Of a stretch of DNA of 64,000 nt, positions 51,053 through 64,000 are shown in pieces. The stretch is taken from the NCBI GenBank assembly GCA_000934665.2, contig KZ538076.1, forward strand, positions 62,001 to 126,000, written 5' to 3'. Numbering within the stretch: the stretch's first letter is position 1; each line of letters begins with the position of its first letter. Under the pieces are notes generated by a model, which saw only the letters and a list, made by a program, of their open reading frames with translations, was not told the origin of the DNA and ran no database searches. Made by a program: the position numbers and the translations under genes. The DNA comes from Catajapyx aquilonaris. Taxonomy: Eukaryota.

Positions 51053-52710
51053 TACCAATTGAAATGTCCATATCTATTAGCAACCTTTTGGCACTAACTG
51101 CTTATTTGTAAGGAGTAACTTTATAGCAACTATTTTGGGAAGTTATCTATGTTGAAACATTGATCCTAATGCATAAGGGTCTACTGTGAATATTGGGTTC
51201 AACCATTTTACTCAGATACCAGGAAGTTTAAAATTTCATTCTCAATATATTATGCTTGGAAATTCATTTCAAATCATTACTTGAAGGGCTACTTCCATTT
51301 AACCTAATCATAGCAGTTCATACTTTTTATGAAAAGTAACTGCCAAATAATAAGTGGCTTAGTGCCTAACCACTATGGACACTCCCAGTGGATCATGCTA
51401 CATATTACTATTCTTCCATGGACTTTGCTCACTGGCCACTCTCACACACCTAGGAGTTGAGTCCTGCTCCGGGATCTCCCCATGGAAATGGGCCCACCCC
51501 TAAATCTGAAGTCCTTTCAACTAGGGTGGATGTAGGAATAAGGAATAGGCATATACCTGTACAACGAGGGAAAAGTCAGCCAGAGTCCCCCAAATTTGTC
51601 TCCAGACTAGTTTTAGTAGCTGAGCTCATGGGGCCTCCAACCCGGTAAGCGACGGCCATCAATAGAAAACTTTCTCAAGCGACTCTCTGGCCATTGAAAT
51701 GCACAAGTTTTTGGGAGTTAAGTACTATCAAGACCTAGGACTTGTAGTAGTTTCAAGCGAGGTCCATGAAAACGTAGTATATGACAATCAAGAACTGAAG
51801 GTCAGAGAGGGTGGGATTGGTTTGTACTTCATCACAGGATAGCATCATAACATACTATATGTCTGTTTCTACTCTTACAAGAAGAGACAAAAATACAGGG
51901 TGTGCCAAGACATGACACTGAAGCACTGAAACCTACTGCTTGGTGTAGTTACTGCTGGTTATCATACCAAAAAAAAAAAAAAAAAGTTCTGGAAACAAGC
52001 ATGTAATAGTTCCATATGGTTCTTTTCATTTTCTTGTTCATCAAAAAACCTAGTTCTATTGAGAAGCAAGTGAAGCATTATTTTAAAGCTTTTTTTGCAA
52101 GAAGGCAAGCACTGTCTTTCAGGTATAGAAACAGATTTGATACCTAATGATATGCATTTTCCCTAAAACTTGATGCCTGCACATCTGACTGCTCCAGCTT
52201 GCCTAACAAGCTGTTTAACAGTTGTGAGCTAACACCACCAAGGTCAATTTTTGAACATTTTTGAACATACATTTTAAACCTCCTTAAACCATGAATCATG
52301 GTCAGAGTGGCAGATTGACTTTGCACAATGATGATGTAAAAATTTGCTCGTACCTTCTCTGGGTTAGGAATTTCTGCCTAATTCTCCACCTCCCTACTGG
52401 CCAATCACTTAAGATAAGAAATCTTGCAGTTACTGTTACTGAACCATTAGTATGTTAACATATCAGGAAAAGCACATGTATAGTAATTAAATGCCTTTGT
52501 TTAGCTCTACTCTTGAAGAGTTACAAATAAGGACTGTAGCAGGTGCATGTACAAAGACCCTAAAAGATCTACATTTGCTCCAACAACTTCTCCTTATATG
52601 GCCTGGCATGAAGTCTCTCCAATGAAATATGCACATGAGTATGTCCAAATATTCGCCCCAATGTGTCTATTTGCACTGGCAATTTCACAAAATTCTCAAG
52701 CCAGAACTAA

Positions 52711-53384
52711 CAAGGGAACGGTCAGGGTCGAGTACCTCCGATTTGGTTGAAACTGGCTTGAGGGGTCATTCATGTGCGATAGACACAGTGGTGAAAGTGT
52801 TAGCTCGCACTATCCAGCCGTTTCCGAGATATGAGCGACAGTAACATCCGAATTTTGGCCACGCGCATTTGCCGGGAGCCGCTCTGCCAGCTCCAAATCC
52901 CTTCTACCTTGATTCCCCCCACTTTTTTCGATCCCACACCACCATCCCCCACTCCCCCACCAACATTTTCGTTTTTCATAGTTTCTTTGCTCCGGTATTT
53001 ATTATGAGACCATCAAGCTGCCTTCTTTCGCTTCTGTCAACTGCGAATAAAGAGCTTCTATACCTAAAATTGGGTAATGGGGAAAACTCATAATAAACAC
53101 CGGAGCAAAAAAACTATGGAAAACGAAAATGTTGGTGGGGGAGTGGGGGATGGTGGTGTGGGATCGAAAAAAGTGGGGGGAATCAAGGTAGAAGGGATTT
53201 GGAGCTGGCAGAGCAGCTCCCGGCGAATGCGCGTGGCCAAAATTCGGATGTTACTGTCGCTCATATCTCGGAAACGGCTGGATAGTGCGAGCTAACACTT
53301 TCACCACTGTGTCTATCGCACATGAATGACCCCTCAAGCCAGTTTCAACCAAATCGGAGGTCCTCGACCCTGACCGTTCCCTTG
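52711..53384. mobile_element. Young foldback MITE with ~300-bp near-perfect arms
   Basis: CAAGGGAACGGTCAGGGTCGAG...CTCGACCCTGACCGTTCCCTTG with a spacer of about 80 bp (53009-53086); TAA lies on both flanks. Confidence 0.9.
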
Positions 53385-53408
53385 TAAGTCCCATCAATGC
53401 ACCATGTA

Positions 53409-54369
53409 AGGGAGACCAGGGTCAGTTGTAACACTTTTTAGTCTGGATTTTTTTAATTCAGTGACATATGCATTTAGGCAAAGGGCATGGTGGACATCAG
53501 GCAACATTCCTCTTTGTAAAATTAACATTACAAAATCTTATTAAAAATTTATTGTTTTATCAATATTTTTCCAAGGCAAGGAAGTGTTTGTAACAGAGGG
53601 TGGGGTTGATTGTAACACACTGTCTTAAATGGTAAATGTAATATGGAAGAACAGTTTACATCCACTCATCTTCTCGACAATTGCCTTATAGCCTACTTGA
53701 CACACACTAATTACTCTTATCTCTCGATACACTGGAATTTATTCAGCAGATTAGTATTGCAATAGAATGGATTGTCGACAAACTGGTTATAAGAGGTTTT
53801 ATTGCACAAAGTATCCCCCAAAACGAGCCAAAGGCTCGAACATGGGGTAAATTAAATAAATAAAAATATTGCACAAAGTAATTTCTATTTCTACTCTTAA
53901 TCTCCTGTTAGATGTGTAGCGGTAACATCTGTACACAGACGTGACTTTTCCTTCATGATTTTACATGTTACAACCAACCCCAAGAAGTTGTTACAACCGT
54001 CCCTACTGTGTGTTGTCTTGCAGATATGCTCAGTACTTTTTTTACTACGTACATGTTTTGGTCATCCACAATGTCAGTGTGACCCTACTAAAGAAACCTT
54101 TCTCATGATACCAAGGGCAATTCAATGACACCTCTACCCTCACACATAATCACTTGATTACTGCCACTGAAAAATTTGGGAACACAGCTTGATTTTGGTT
54201 TTTTGCACATAGAAGAACAAATAACAAAAAAAGGAGAAGCCTAAGTTTTGCCTGGCTTAGAGGCCATACTGGCACATGTGCTGTGGGATTTTCAGCTTCT
54301 GGGCTGTCCAAACGTATTTATTATTGGCGATGTTACAACCGTACTGTTACAATCGGCCCCGGTCTCCCG
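53409..54369. mobile_element. TA-flanked non-autonomous DNA transposon
   Basis: TA|AGGGAGACCAGGGTCAGTTGTAACA...TGTTACAATCGGCCCCGGTCTCCCG|TA, with internal TTGTAACA/TGTTACAA repeats. Confidence 0.7.
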
Positions 54370-54398
54370 TACCTGACATTCTCCAACATGACCTAGGG

Positions 54399-54659
54399 CA
54401 GTGGTTTCCAACCGTTTACCAACTGCGACCCCCTAAACATTGTTCCATAAATGTGCGACACCCCCCCCCCCCCACCTTCCTCCCCTCCCCCGGCCCTTTC
54501 TACAACTGTCCCCTTTCCAGAAAACATACACGCTGTACTGCTGCAAAAATTGTTCAATTTGCACAGAAATTGCTAAAAAACAAAAAAACAAAAAAAAAAC
54601 AAAAAAAACAAAACAGCTGAACCAAGGCTCGCGACCCCCCCTCCGGTTGGAAACCACTG
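54399..54659. mobile_element. hAT (Buster/Charlie-like) MITE
   Basis: CAGTGGTTTCCAACCG...CGGTTGGAAACCACTG with an 8-bp TSD ACCTAGGG/ACATAGGG (7/8 match, central TA). Confidence 0.85.
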
Positions 54660-55420
54660 ACATAGGGTGAGGGCAGGGGTAATCTAAGCCCCCCTTCCCC
54701 CACAAAAAAGCACACAGAGTTCGAAGCAGAGTGCAAGATTTGACATTTCAAATTATGCATTCCTAATTCTGCAGCATTGGTGGCAGTGTTCTGTTATGAG
54801 CAAGCAAAAATTATCTACAGCATATTGCAAGTAATACCAAAACATTTCCCCTATTAGCCTTCTTATCGTAAGAGCAGTATATTTTGAGGTCACCTAGAAT
54901 TAACCTTTTAAGTATTATCTTAGCACTCTGGGTCACAATGCGCAACAACAAATGAGTGAGGCAAAAGCAGGCAGGCAGTTTGAATAGTCAATGGATATAG
55001 ATGATCACATATGGGTCAGTTACACTTAGGCTATGCACGCCAATGTCAACAGAAAGAAATGGCATGAATTAAGCTCAGGTTTAAAATATGGTACTCCTAC
55101 TGTTGTAATCATTATGTAGCCAGCGGCTGGACTTTCTCAGGTTATTCACAAGCTGAACTTCCATGTAAATCATAATGGTGATAGCTCCCTCCCAAGTGAA
55201 GCCAAAAGAAATTAATTCTTCTCTATATTACTTCAGTATGTTTGAGTTGCTGGAAGTGCTCAAAAAATTTACGAGCTATTTGACATTCTACTAGTTTCAA
55301 TGAGACGACGTAAAAAGTAATTGACATGGTTGACCAACACAATGAGAATAAATTCCATGCTCACAATTTGTACACATCTGGACAAAATTCTCAAGGGACT
55401 GCTATTTGTCCAGCCTTGTC

Positions 55421-55581
55421 GAGTCAGCTAAAGGATTACCTTTCCACAACAGGCCGAGAAATTAGCCTCCAACAGAGATGCTGCCTCCCCCTGATGCAAT
55501 GACTCACACTCCCCTAGGTAGCACCTCTGTTGGAGGATAATTTCTCGCCCTGGTGTGGAAAGGTAATCCTTAAGCCAACTG
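55421..55581. mobile_element. Palindromic MITE
   Basis: AGGATTACCTTTCCACA..GAGAAATTA.CCTCCAACAGAG / CTCTGTTGGAGG.TAATTTCTC..TGTGGAAAGGTAATCCT. Confidence 0.7.
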
Positions 55582-55594
55582 TACTATGCATGTA

Positions 55595-55695
55595 CTATAT
55601 CGCCCAAAAAGATAAGAGACGATTTTGCATTTGACTCAAGTGCAACTTGCACTTGAATCAAATGCCAATCGTCTCTATCTTTTTGAGCGATATAG
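55595..55695. mobile_element. TA-flanked ~100-bp hairpin MITE
   Basis: TA|CTATATCGCCCAAAAA...TTTTTGAGCGATATAG|TA, with an almost spacer-less centre (TCAAGTGCAACTTGCACTTGA). Confidence 0.75.
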
Positions 55696-58600
55696 TACAT
55701 ATTGGACCATCACCATTCACAAAAAAAAAACATTGATTTCATATTTGGTAAAACCAGAAAATTCACGAATTTTTACATCCTCTAGGGACTAGCCCAGGTG
55801 AGCATACTTTATATTCTAGGAACTCATGGGATCATATTCAGAAACATGTTTCACGTTAGTCCCCATGAGTCTTGGTAACAATGTGGCAACATCACCAGTG
55901 CAAGTTGGAAAATATCAGCCCTAATGTGCCTAATGTGTTACCAGATTACTGTGTATGCTGCAGCATGCAGATAAAACAGGATTGACAAGGGGCAGATATG
56001 CCCTGGGGGAGCCAGCCAGCTGGTACTGAGTAGGTACATTTTGTGATTTCCTTCTTCCATTCAAAAATAATGATCCTAAATAAATAAATAAGCAATATCC
56101 TGCTGGAATGGGTTTACTGCCTCAAACAACAATATCTTACAATTTTATGCAAGTTTGTGAATGATTTACTTTTGCCTTCAGGATCCACCCAAATCACAAT
56201 ATTGGGGGAGGGGGGAGAGGGATTTGGAGGGAGAGGGAGACAGAGGGAGGGGGGGGGAGAGAGAGAGAAATACATCTGTAGCATCCTTATTCATTCTCAG
56301 ACTTTTTCAGACTGTTCCTTCCTACTTACGGGGGCACAGTAGCAAATATACGGTAAATCAGAGGGCTCTGCAGCTATGGCTGCAGAACTGAGCCTACAGA
56401 TTGTTCACAAAACAATAGAAGGCATTTGTTGCGCCCTATCCAACAATCCCCGTCACGTGGCCATGACGCCTTCCCCCAATTCCCCTACATTCGAACCTTA
56501 TAGACTAATGTCATAGCTTTCTCTCTCCCCCACAACAATCGGTGCCTCTGGCAACGACCCCAACAAACTTGTTTATGTATGCAGAATAGGACGATTGGAC
56601 ATGTCTGTGCTTCTGCAGCTGTATGGCCTCAAAAATGGTTCCATTGAGACAGAAATTGCACCAAAAAATAGTAAGACGATCTGGAGCAGGGAACCTACTT
56701 TGTATTTTTTCTGTTTTCGGCCTAGAAATGACCTTTACAGCTATTTGAAGTGATAGGAAAATGAATTTCTGAAAAGTCCACTAGAATAACATGGCAAATA
56801 AATCGCAACAAAATCGGACACGCGTCTGCGCCCGTATGTCCACAATTTTAATTCAATCGTGTCCAGTATGATACCATTGTCAAGGTCAAACCTTTGCACA
56901 GGGCACCAACTTCGAGCTTTTCCAGATTAACGACTCTTTCGCCACAAAAAATTTAATTTCCTGCAAAATATGTTCTGCTGTATTTTTACTACTGCGCTCC
57001 CAGAACTTATTTATTACAAGTAAAATCTAGACTAAGTCCTGCTTCGTACTTGCATGCTGCTATAGCAGATGCACATTTTCTGAACTCTGTCTGGTCATAT
57101 CTGATTTTAAAAGCATGCTGCTTAATATGTAGTTAATATGGCATGAAACTTATAGTGTTAGGGCTATAAAGCTGCAAAACAACAATGCTGGCAAAAGATG
57201 AAAATGGCAAGAACTACATTGTGATAAAATATAGTGCATGCTAGAAGTATTTGCAACACTGGTTGGCTTCAGAAGTGCTATTTGGCTTACTGAATGACAT
57301 CACCAGTTACTCTCCCAGTCCATCTAAAACTAGTCGTCTCCTTGGTCTAATATCTCTAGGTCCACACTAGTCCCCGACTAGTGGCATTTACGCCTGTTAC
57401 ACATTTCTGAATGAGTTTTTTTTACACTCGGCTCCCACCAGACTAAAAGTTACATGCCATTAGTCCATGTTTCTGAATGTAACCAAGAGAACGCTGCTGT
57501 TATGAATAACAAAGAAAATCTCAAAAATTTCAAGTGACATACAACTTTCGTAACATTTTCTGGAATTGGCATGCCTCTCTATCCATCTCTCAAATGAAAC
57601 CGCATTTCACTAAACTCTCCATACATTCACATATGCAGCAGGAACTCTCACAGGTCTTGACTTCTCACAATGTCAAAGACAAATTCTTTCAGTAACATGC
57701 AGTGCTCACTATTACAGGACAGTTTCATGAGAGTATGGACAGGGAGTACAATTTAGCCAAGAATTAAAATTTTTGAACTGGCATTTGAATAAAACCAAAC
57801 CGCCTTTAGTGACTCCCTCTCATAAGTTACGCTTCTTATGCTTCCCCACCCTAAGAAATTTTAAATTTCAGAAGGTGCACAAGCAACCTTCTTTCCTTTC
57901 ACAAGTTGTGGGGGAAATAATAATATCTTACAATGGACATGCACTACGTCATGGGGGGGGNGGTGGGGGGGGGGGGGGGGGGAAATATCACATTAGGTCA
58001 CACCAATCAAGGGTATGATAAGGCCTGTATTCAAAACGGCAAAACAACCTAGTAAACGCAAGCCCAGATTATTAATCTATATTATAGCCAAGACAAATTC
58101 ATGGATCTGAGCTTGGTCCAAAAGGTATTTCTTCCTACACATCTGACAATCACAACTTAACCCAAAATAATTCAGAGCCAAGCAGACTAACACACAAACT
58201 TTTCAAGCAGTGGCATGTAACAGTGTAATTACACCTTTGCTAATACGTTTTCCTTTCAAAATTCTTCAGATTTCTCTGAACATGCTGATATGGGTGCATT
58301 AATACTCGCACATTAACTCAGGATGCTGTCCAGAAAATTATTCAACTTTTCAAGTAGTGTTTTTAGTGGCAGTGTTTTCCAACCAAGTGCCTATGGTATG
58401 AACACTATAATAAGAAAAAATCAATTTCTTTGCATATATAGAATATTAGAAATCAATACAGCTATATACAAGGGGAACATAAAAGTCGCACTTCATAGAA
58501 CAGACTACGGGTTAAAACCTTGTAAAATTAAGGGCCGGATGCAAGTTTCCTCTAAACCTGCGGTTACCAGGCAGTAAATGATTAACAAAAACCTCATTGT

Positions 58601-60746
58601 ATCAATGCGAGTTTGAGCAAACCTGCAATTAAATCTCGGGTGAACACTAACCTCCCGATTTTGGCGGGTGAAGCGGAAAACCCACGATTTTCTCGTTCGA
58701 ACGTGGTGGTATTTCAACTACCTAGTCCAGAGGTTCCCAAACTGTGCTCCGCGAAGCTTCTCCAAGTGCTCCGTGAAGATGTTGGGAAAAAAAGGAATTC
58801 TTCAATACGCTATACCCATTCAAATCTGTCAGTCGCTTGTGTGACCTTGAACCCAAAAAATTGTCACCTACGGCACCCTTTCACCCCTCACCTTCCCATT
58901 TACTAATTTGGCGATGCCTATGGCCTCTATCTTCCCATTCCCTCTAGCTGTCCTTTTGTGAATTCCCCACCAGCACTTGGCCTTCACATTAAAGCAAAGA
59001 AAGTTTCGGCGTTTTACTTCTGATCCCTACACTCTCAATCACTACTGCATATGCTGACAGACACCAAGATCACTAAATACTGTATATAATTCAATTAATA
59101 ATTCAGGAACTACTTTCTTCCACGCACATAAACAACCCTTCATGATGTAAGCGGTTCGTTAGAGCAGCATCTTTACACTAGCAGCTATTATTATTACCAT
59201 ATATGAGCTGTTCATTGGGGATCCAAGTAACCATACAAATCCGACCTACAGCTGCTCTCAGGAACACATCTTGTTTGTAGGTTAGGGACTTCCTGTACTA
59301 CTGTATAAGGACTGACATGCAGAAGTAAAAGTGATTTCCCAGGTGGTCTTTTGTGACATGGAATACAGTGGCACAGCCAAGGTAGAAAGAGACTACTGAT
59401 CTCCACTATACACTGGATTGTGTGTATCCAGTATTGTGCTGTGGGTGACCATATTATTGTCACACGTTCAAAATTAATGAACCTCGATGAAAGAGTCAAA
59501 AACTTAATGGCACAAAATTTGATTACAGGCAGCTGAAATACTATTCAGTCTGATGACAATAACGCCACACTGACTGTGAGACAAAATCCTACCACACATT
59601 GGTCGGAGCATAATACCACCACCACAACCTGTATAGAATTTTGGCTCTCTACATTTCAATTTTGGCTCTATCACCCCTTCCCACTGATTCTGCACTTGAC
59701 ACTACATCATGCACTTAACAGTACCATGTTTGTAATGCTTAGTTAACTTGCCTCTACATCAAGCCATAAAGAACAAACCAAGCTAAATATGTTTTGGCAT
59801 TAAATAGACTTCCTTAAATTATTTTTTAGCTTAAAATTTCATTGAGGTCATAAAACCTCTACTTCCAAATTGTTACACAGAGAAACTTCAAGGTTTTTTT
59901 TTTTCTATTGACATTTGCATGACAGTCCTGCTGGATTTTGACTTCTGTCACACTGCTAATTTGTCTATCAAGGTTACAACGGCTGCACTCCACATTGTAC
60001 TCCTGTACCACAGATATGCATGCAAAAGCAACCGAATGAATGTGCAACATGCCAGCACGTTTTCTGACATTTGTCAGAACTACAGTTTAGTTGACAACAT
60101 GGGTTAGTCATAGCCAACAGAGCTTGTGCAAGCAGCACAGCCTGTGACAAGAGCAAAAAAATGTGGAACTCCATACAACATTACTTGTTCTCACAACATT
60201 CTGTCAGATGTTAATGAAGTGACATGTGGTAACCCACACATGTACTGGCCATAAGAGGGTAAGGGTCAATGACCTGAGGGCACAACGTCTGTAAATAGCA
60301 TTGACAAGCATCCACAATGCCAAATATCCTGAGAATGCACCATTCCACACCATAATCAGTAAGTTCCCATTTGTTGTTGCACAAAATTCCCAGAATTCAC
60401 TCACAACACGTCTTCAAAAAAACAGTATTCCGCTATCACATGCCCATCGATAACACAACCTAACAAAACACTGCCACTGGCTTGCAAACACTCGCACAAA
60501 ACTAGCACATCAAGTTACGTTGGAATGCACTGCCACTTTTGCTCCCTGCACAAAGACGCTTTTCTGGACAACCTCATAAACACACAACACCAGTACTCAA
60601 GCTTGCTGCACGCTGAGTGGCTCTGAACCAGCAACTGGATGGTGTGAACCACCGTGCCCTTTTCATGAACCCCCCCACACACGTCGGAGACAACATGCCC
60701 AACCATGCGATACCCCTGCAGTGCAACCCAGAAACTCTCCACTCAC

Positions 60747-60771
60747 CCTGTAGTTTCCTGGTGGCCGCCAT
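60747..60771 (-). CDS. CNOT3: CNOT3 first coding exon (MAATRKLQ G)
   Basis: ATGGCGGCCACCAGGAAACTACAGG|GTGAGT. The 25-nt phase-1 piece joins GT GAA ATA GAC of exon 2, and the 13 exons sum to 2160 nt in frame. Confidence 0.95.
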
Positions 60772-60789
60772 TATGTTACCAACGCTGAA

Positions 60790-61340
60790 CCTGACACGTG
60801 CATAGTCTGTTTACAGCCTCAGCAACTCGAGTCCTCCAACTCTGCAGGTCCGTAACCGCCAGCTTTTGTCCTCCCTTCAAGATGGCGTCTGCTCACTTCG
60901 ACCGGGACCCGTAACGCTTTCATCCACTTGAAACAAAGAACACAGATGAGCCGTATCGTCCTAAACCAGCAGGTAGCCTGGCCGTACCTGTAGGTCGCCT
61001 GTCTGCTGTGCCGTCCCGGGGTATGAAGCACTCTGCCGTGCCGCTTACTACTTGGAAAGGAGCAGCGTACCAAGCAAGGGACAGTCTCACAGGATGGAGC
61101 AGGGAGCAGGGTCCAGTTGTGGAGGCGGGGGAGAATAGGGGGAGGCGTACCAAACAGTACGACGCAGGCGCTACCTATCTGCACCTCCTCAGCAACTCAC
61201 CAGAACTGACAAAGCCCATATCCTGCCAAAATGGGGTGGATCTGCGCATATGACGTCAGCTGGCTGAAAGTACAGTACGGTGGTACGGTACAGCAGCGGT
61301 ATACAGTACGGTACAGTGTTACTCGGCGCGGCGACGCTAT
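60790..61340 (-). promoter_or_regulatory. CNOT3 promoter and 5'UTR region
   Basis: CpG-enriched. Perfect CRE palindrome TGACGTCA at 61251-61258 and YY1-like CAAGATGGCG at 60878-60887. Minus-strand donors GTGAGT (61200) and GTGAGC (60896), and acceptors near 60988 and 60791, imply non-coding 5' exons. Confidence 0.6.
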
Positions 61341-62434
61341 CAAGGCCCTGCAGCCCATTAACTCCGAATTTATTCCATATTTGATAACTACAACAATATT
61401 CTAACAAAATCAAAACAATTCAATAAAAACAATTCTTCCACTACCCTCCTGACTCGGCGCCGCTGTGGCGCTAGTACCCACCGGTACCCACTAATAGAGG
61501 CATGTAGACGTCGGCGAGTCCTCACCTCTTTGAGAATGTGTCTGTTAGCTGATAATTTATATGGACCCATAAATGTGGCTATGAATTAGTTAATATTTAC
61601 ATGCCCTGCTAAGCCACACCCCCTTTTCATATAAATACGGATTCCACTGCTGTAAATATCACCGATGGTAGCTAAAAACAACTTTACAGGTGGCCAGGTA
61701 ATGTATTCCATTTTTGGAAATTTCATTTGTCCAAGAAATCACACGAACACGTAAAAGGTGTACACGATGTAATTAGATCATTATTATTTAAATTAAATGA
61801 AGCACGCCAGAGCACAGAAGGGATCGAGCCGGGCATCTGGCAACCTTGAGAAAGTATCAACATAGGGAGGTTTCAAGGTTTTGGAAAAACGAGGATTCCA
61901 AGGGAAAAGGAAAGCTACCACAGTCGATTACCACTTGTATGATTTGGAGGGAGTTAATAGTTGGAAGGGATACCGGTGAGTGAGTATGCACAACAACGAC
62001 TGAGAACTTTATGCCGCATGACTACGGCATTTGAGACAAACACATGGGCACCTAGTTCCAGAGATCCATTGTGACAACTATAGGCATAGGATTTTATAAG
62101 CAAAAATGGCTGCACCTTGAACAGTGTAGTGTGCTGATAAGAGAAAGAAATGGGCACAGGATGGTAGTAGGCAACCAGGTTAGAGTAGTAGCTTAAGACA
62201 AAGTGCACATCGTATGTCAAAGCAGGTCTGTGCAAAGAGCCATTCCACACGATGGGTGAGAATAAAATTGGAACACTGGGTATGGAATAGGTTAGTGTAG
62301 AAGGAGTTGGAGCGTTCTTGGTTAGATTTATGACTCTGAATATAACTCAATTGCATATCAATTTTCTGCCATTTCTACTTTTATGTGCCTCCTGCCAAAA
62401 AACCTCATAGTGTAGACAAAAGTTGCATTCGTGA

Positions 62435-62664
62435 GGTGGATTCACGAGCTTGTAGTTAACTGGTGTTTGCGAATGAAATCTGGTGACAATAAAATGAATT
62501 CCCAAACCCCTTATCTCTTGCTTTGTGTTCTTACCATGCTAAAAATGCTTAAAAAGCTAAAAACACTAAAATGGGCTTGAACTAAAAAAGATGGACACAA
62601 GAATTCATGTCTTTTCAGCGTTGCTCAAACGCCAGTTAAATTCTTTTCAGCTTGTGAATCCACC
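62435..62664. mobile_element. Harbinger-like MITE
   Basis: TGA|GGTGGATTCACGAGCT...AGCTTGTGAATCCACC|TTA. Confidence 0.55.
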
Positions 62665-64000
62665 TTATGGCTGCTAACTGATATTTGATAAGTTGGCCCA
62701 CTTCAGTTGTTCTGCTGTTTGTGTCAGTGTTGGCCAAAAGTAAGAGTGAAACTGTTGATTACCTGAAAACAAAGGAAACCAGATTCATATTAATGATAAC
62801 AGTGCAAAATATAATATGGTGACATGCTGACACCTTTGTCAAGGAAGGCCCATGTTTGTTAAAGTCATAATAAGTGCTAGGCTATCATCTAATATTCTAA
62901 TATATGATCCTTAACCTGCAATTGAGTACCGGTATATGGATGCAAAAACTGATTGAGTGAATTTACCTGGAATTTAGTGCTGCGGTGGTGAAAGGAAGCT
63001 TTCTTTTGTCTGGATAGGCCACGTAGAAATTTTTTCATCCATCCCGTAGTATTAGACCCTCTCAAAGAGAGAGAGATATGCTGAGGATCATCTGGGAGAA
63101 AGGTATAGGTTTACAGCTCCACTGACCATATGGTTGGAAAAGATCCAGAATTTAATCACTTAATGGCACATTTTGTTATTACAGAAGTTTATTTTTCCCT
63201 GACTACATCATGTACAGCTTAAATTTGGCAGAAATTTTATTAAAAATCAGACTGGGAATAATATGAAAATCAGAAAACCTGAATATTGCAGGTCATCTTG
63301 CAATTAGGATCTAACCTTGATCTGGAGCAAAAACAATGTAATTACAATGTCGTTAATTTCTTTCAGCCTGCTGTGTTTGTGATTGTCAGCCTTAATGGCA
63401 GGGATGCCTTTTGGAGGGTATTCCACAAACCGATCAAGATGTAGCATCCCATCTGCAAGCAGTACCACTGAAGAGAAGGATGGGGAGTCCAGTTTAATTG
63501 TAACAGGTTCTCAGGTGTGAAAGATATAATATATAATATAATAAGTGCTCATGGGCAAAACCCCAATTGCAGATCCCCATTTTTGCACTTTTTGTTTTGT
63601 CTACTGGTGAGCTTTAAAAATGACAGAATCAGGGGTCAGGCTGAAGGTCAATCATGAAGGTCATGAAACTTCTATTGCAATCGTGCTATATTTTTGGGCT
63701 AAAAAAAAACCAATGCCTCAGTTATTAAGGTTAGCCCTGTTTTCAGAAAATAATAGTTTCAGTGTTTGTGCATTTCCCTGTGGTAGGAGGAAAGGGTTAA
63801 AGCGAGTATTTAAGGAACTTAATGGTTATTTTCTACTTGTTTGTGCAATCAGTAGCACACAAATATAGGCTTTGTTTAGATTTACAAAGGACACTACCAT
63901 TATTTATAACAAATGTAGTGGATTACATGCTAGTTAAAAAAGCTGAGTGTAATGGGGTGGTTATTATGGCATTCAGGAAGATAAAATTAGCATTGCAGAT

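Noticed and set aside
52629..53295. Mirror-image ORFs
   Set aside because: They are translations of the foldback arms.
18494..60746. Intronic snoRNAs, miRNAs or tRNAs
   Set aside because: I saw no convincing C/D or H/ACA architecture or cloverleaf. The hairpins are explained by MITEs and the tRNA-like boxes at 29345 belong to a SINE. An Infernal/Rfam scan would be needed to exclude them.

Overview
Eukaryotic genomic DNA, most likely from an arthropod (Not3 N-terminus MAATRKLQG, many 57-90 nt introns, abundant DNA-transposon MITEs). The window holds a complete minus-strand CNOT3/Not3 gene (CCR4-NOT subunit). I reconstructed 13 coding exons from 60771 to 18119, giving about 719 aa, with two large introns of about 16 kb and 19.7 kb. 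A convergent plus-strand gene at about 1.5-4.3 kb encodes a roughly 900-aa disordered protein rich in tyrosine motifs. Inside the 16-kb CNOT3 intron is a spliceable ~900-nt tandem-repeat coding exon (DPKEKKY repeats) followed by its own terminal exon. This is either a nested gene or a CNOT3 isoform lacking the NOT box. The rest of the window is unusually rich in palindromic MITEs, several of them nested; superfamily labels are inferred from termini and TSDs. One foldback family lacks a TSD (AAA|GGAC...GTCC|TTT), and its 2.2-kb copy carries an inverted duplication of a SWIM-finger coding remnant, probably a transposase end. All coordinates were read by eye and may be off by a few bases.
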